This document shows, piece by piece, positions 33,740-34,713 of a stretch of 34,713 nt of DNA. A program made the translations under genes and the position numbers. This stretch comes from a virus (taxonomy: Duplodnaviria; Caudoviricetes), in IMG/VR virus record IMGVR_UViG_3300009488_000043, positions 1 to 34,713 of that record; one strand, given 5' to 3'. How positions within the stretch are numbered: the stretch's first letter is position 1; the number at the start of each line of letters is the position of its first letter. The notes below the pieces were generated by a model. It searched no databases. It had not been told where the DNA came from and saw nothing but the letters and a program-made list of their open reading frames with translations.

Positions 33740-33753
33740 AAAGGAGACCAACG

Positions 33754-34152
33754 ATGCCTAAATTTGACAACGCGTCAATCGAGACCGCTGCAATGCAACG
33801 CCAAGAGGCAATGGACACCAGGCCGCAGGATCGGTATGCTAGGAGGCTCAAGTTCGCGGGCTGCCGGGAGTGCATGTCGCCAGATGGAATGTACAGCGCA
33901 TCGCGGGAACAAATGACGAGGTTCGTAGACGGGGCCATAGGGAAGTTCGCGCAGTGGTATCGGGAGCCAGACAACGACCGGGTATTATACTACCGGTGCT
34001 GGGCGTGCAATTTCGACGGCGAGCGCGGGCACGATGACCTTGAGCTGCTGAGCGTGGACGACGTGCTGGAATGCTGGAATGGCTCAACCGCGACCCAATG
34101 GCCCCCGACTACGCCGCGCTGGCCGCTGAGGAGCCGGTGCTGGCATCACTAG
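33754..34152 (+). CDS. hypothetical protein with two CxxC motifs; C-terminus probably frameshifted
   Basis: AAAAGGAG RBS before ATG 33754; CREC and CWAC; 8-bp tandem duplication at 34064-34079. Confidence 0.7.
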   Translation: MPKFDNASIETAAMQRQEAMDTRPQDRYARRLKFAGCRECMSPDGMYSASREQMTRFVDGAIGKFAQWYREPDNDRVLYYRCWACNFDGERGHDDLELLSVDDVLECWNGSTATQWPPTTPRWPLRSRCWHH

Positions 34153-34183
34153 ATAGCCGCGATAGCGCGGGAATGGAGGGATA

Positions 34184-34393
34184 ATGAATATCGCTGACGC
34201 ATTGAAACGAACGAATATCCGAATAACCTATGCCAACCGCTGGCTAGTGTGGGATGTACCACAAGACGCTTGGATTGTATTTGATAGCGGCCCCAAGAAT
34301 GCGGGGCGAAAAACGCAGGCCGTTGTTACCACGAGAGATGAAGAAGAGGCCGTTGGGTATCTTCTCTACAAAGACGATGAATGGAGACAATAA
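34184..34393 (+). CDS. hypothetical protein (69 aa)
   Basis: GGAGG RBS; RWLVWD...TRDEEEAV. Confidence 0.75.
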   Translation: MNIADALKRTNIRITYANRWLVWDVPQDAWIVFDSGPKNAGRKTQAVVTTRDEEEAVGYLLYKDDEWRQ

Positions 34394-34461
34394 CAGCCCC
34401 CCGCCCCGGTGCGCGTGCATTCGCCGCACCAGGGCGGGATACCTGACAAGGAGGGAATGAA

Positions 34462-34641
34462 ATGAATCACCTGAAGGAAGCAAAGATGTGTGTGGGGCCT
34501 GAAGAATACAGCACGCAACTGGACGTCGGTCTCGCAATCGCCCACGCGCTGATTGCGATAGCCGAACGGCTACCACCGCCCGCTGAAACCGCGAGCGAGT
34601 GCCAGGCGCGGCTGCGGAGGGAGGAGAGTAATGGAGTTTGA
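34462..34641 (+). CDS. hypothetical protein (59 aa; absent from the ORF track)
   Basis: AAGGAGG RBS; MNHLKEAK...AIAHALIAIAERL... Confidence 0.65.
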   Translation: MNHLKEAKMCVGPEEYSTQLDVGLAIAHALIAIAERLPPPAETASECQARLRREESNGV

Positions 34642-34713
34642 AACTGTAGAACAACAGTGCGGGCATATCCACGTCATCAAGAACGGCGTGGAGAGTGCCA
34701 GGTTTGTCCAGCA
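34631..34713 (+). CDS. hypothetical protein, 3'-truncated by the window edge
   Basis: GGAGGAG RBS; MEFETVEQQCGHIHVIKNG... open to the end of the window. Confidence 0.5.
   Translation, partial: MEFETVEQQCGHIHVIKNGVESARFVQ

Noticed and set aside
1-34713. Prophage attachment sites, integrase or alternative genetic code
   Set aside because: No recombinase or host genes in the window; core genes are intact under the standard code and use all three stop codons

Overview
This window holds most of a tailed (siphovirus-like) phage genome. The complete late/morphogenesis module lies on the minus strand from ~30.2 kb down to ~1.7 kb. Its order is terminase small/large, SPP1-type portal, MuF-like protein, scaffold, decoration, major capsid, a ~5.4 kb block of extra virion/accessory genes, head-tail joining, tail tube, frameshifted tail chaperones, tape measure, Dit, Gp37-like hub, fibre/receptor-binding proteins, C39-like endolysin and a holin-like protein. 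Plus-strand early/accessory genes flank it on both sides (DUF5131 at the left edge, a row of small ORFs at the right). A secreted protein ending in a Chloroflexota-type 'YQVLLPAIM' tail suggests an Anaerolineae-like host (inference). No integrase, replication gene, CRISPR array or complete tRNA was seen. The most unusual signals are non-coding: (i) two sequence-divergent but architecturally identical leaders (consensus promoter, interleaved inverted repeats, 5-codon M-x-P-x-x uORF) in front of two different HNH genes; (ii) a type III hammerhead-like fold with a variant core; (iii) a ~300 nt multi-helix region ending in an anticodon-less tRNA-like module. Other oddities are an apparent ATC start codon, an 8-bp duplication frameshift and three tandem DnaA-box-like motifs. 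All product calls come from motif recognition and synteny, not from database searches.
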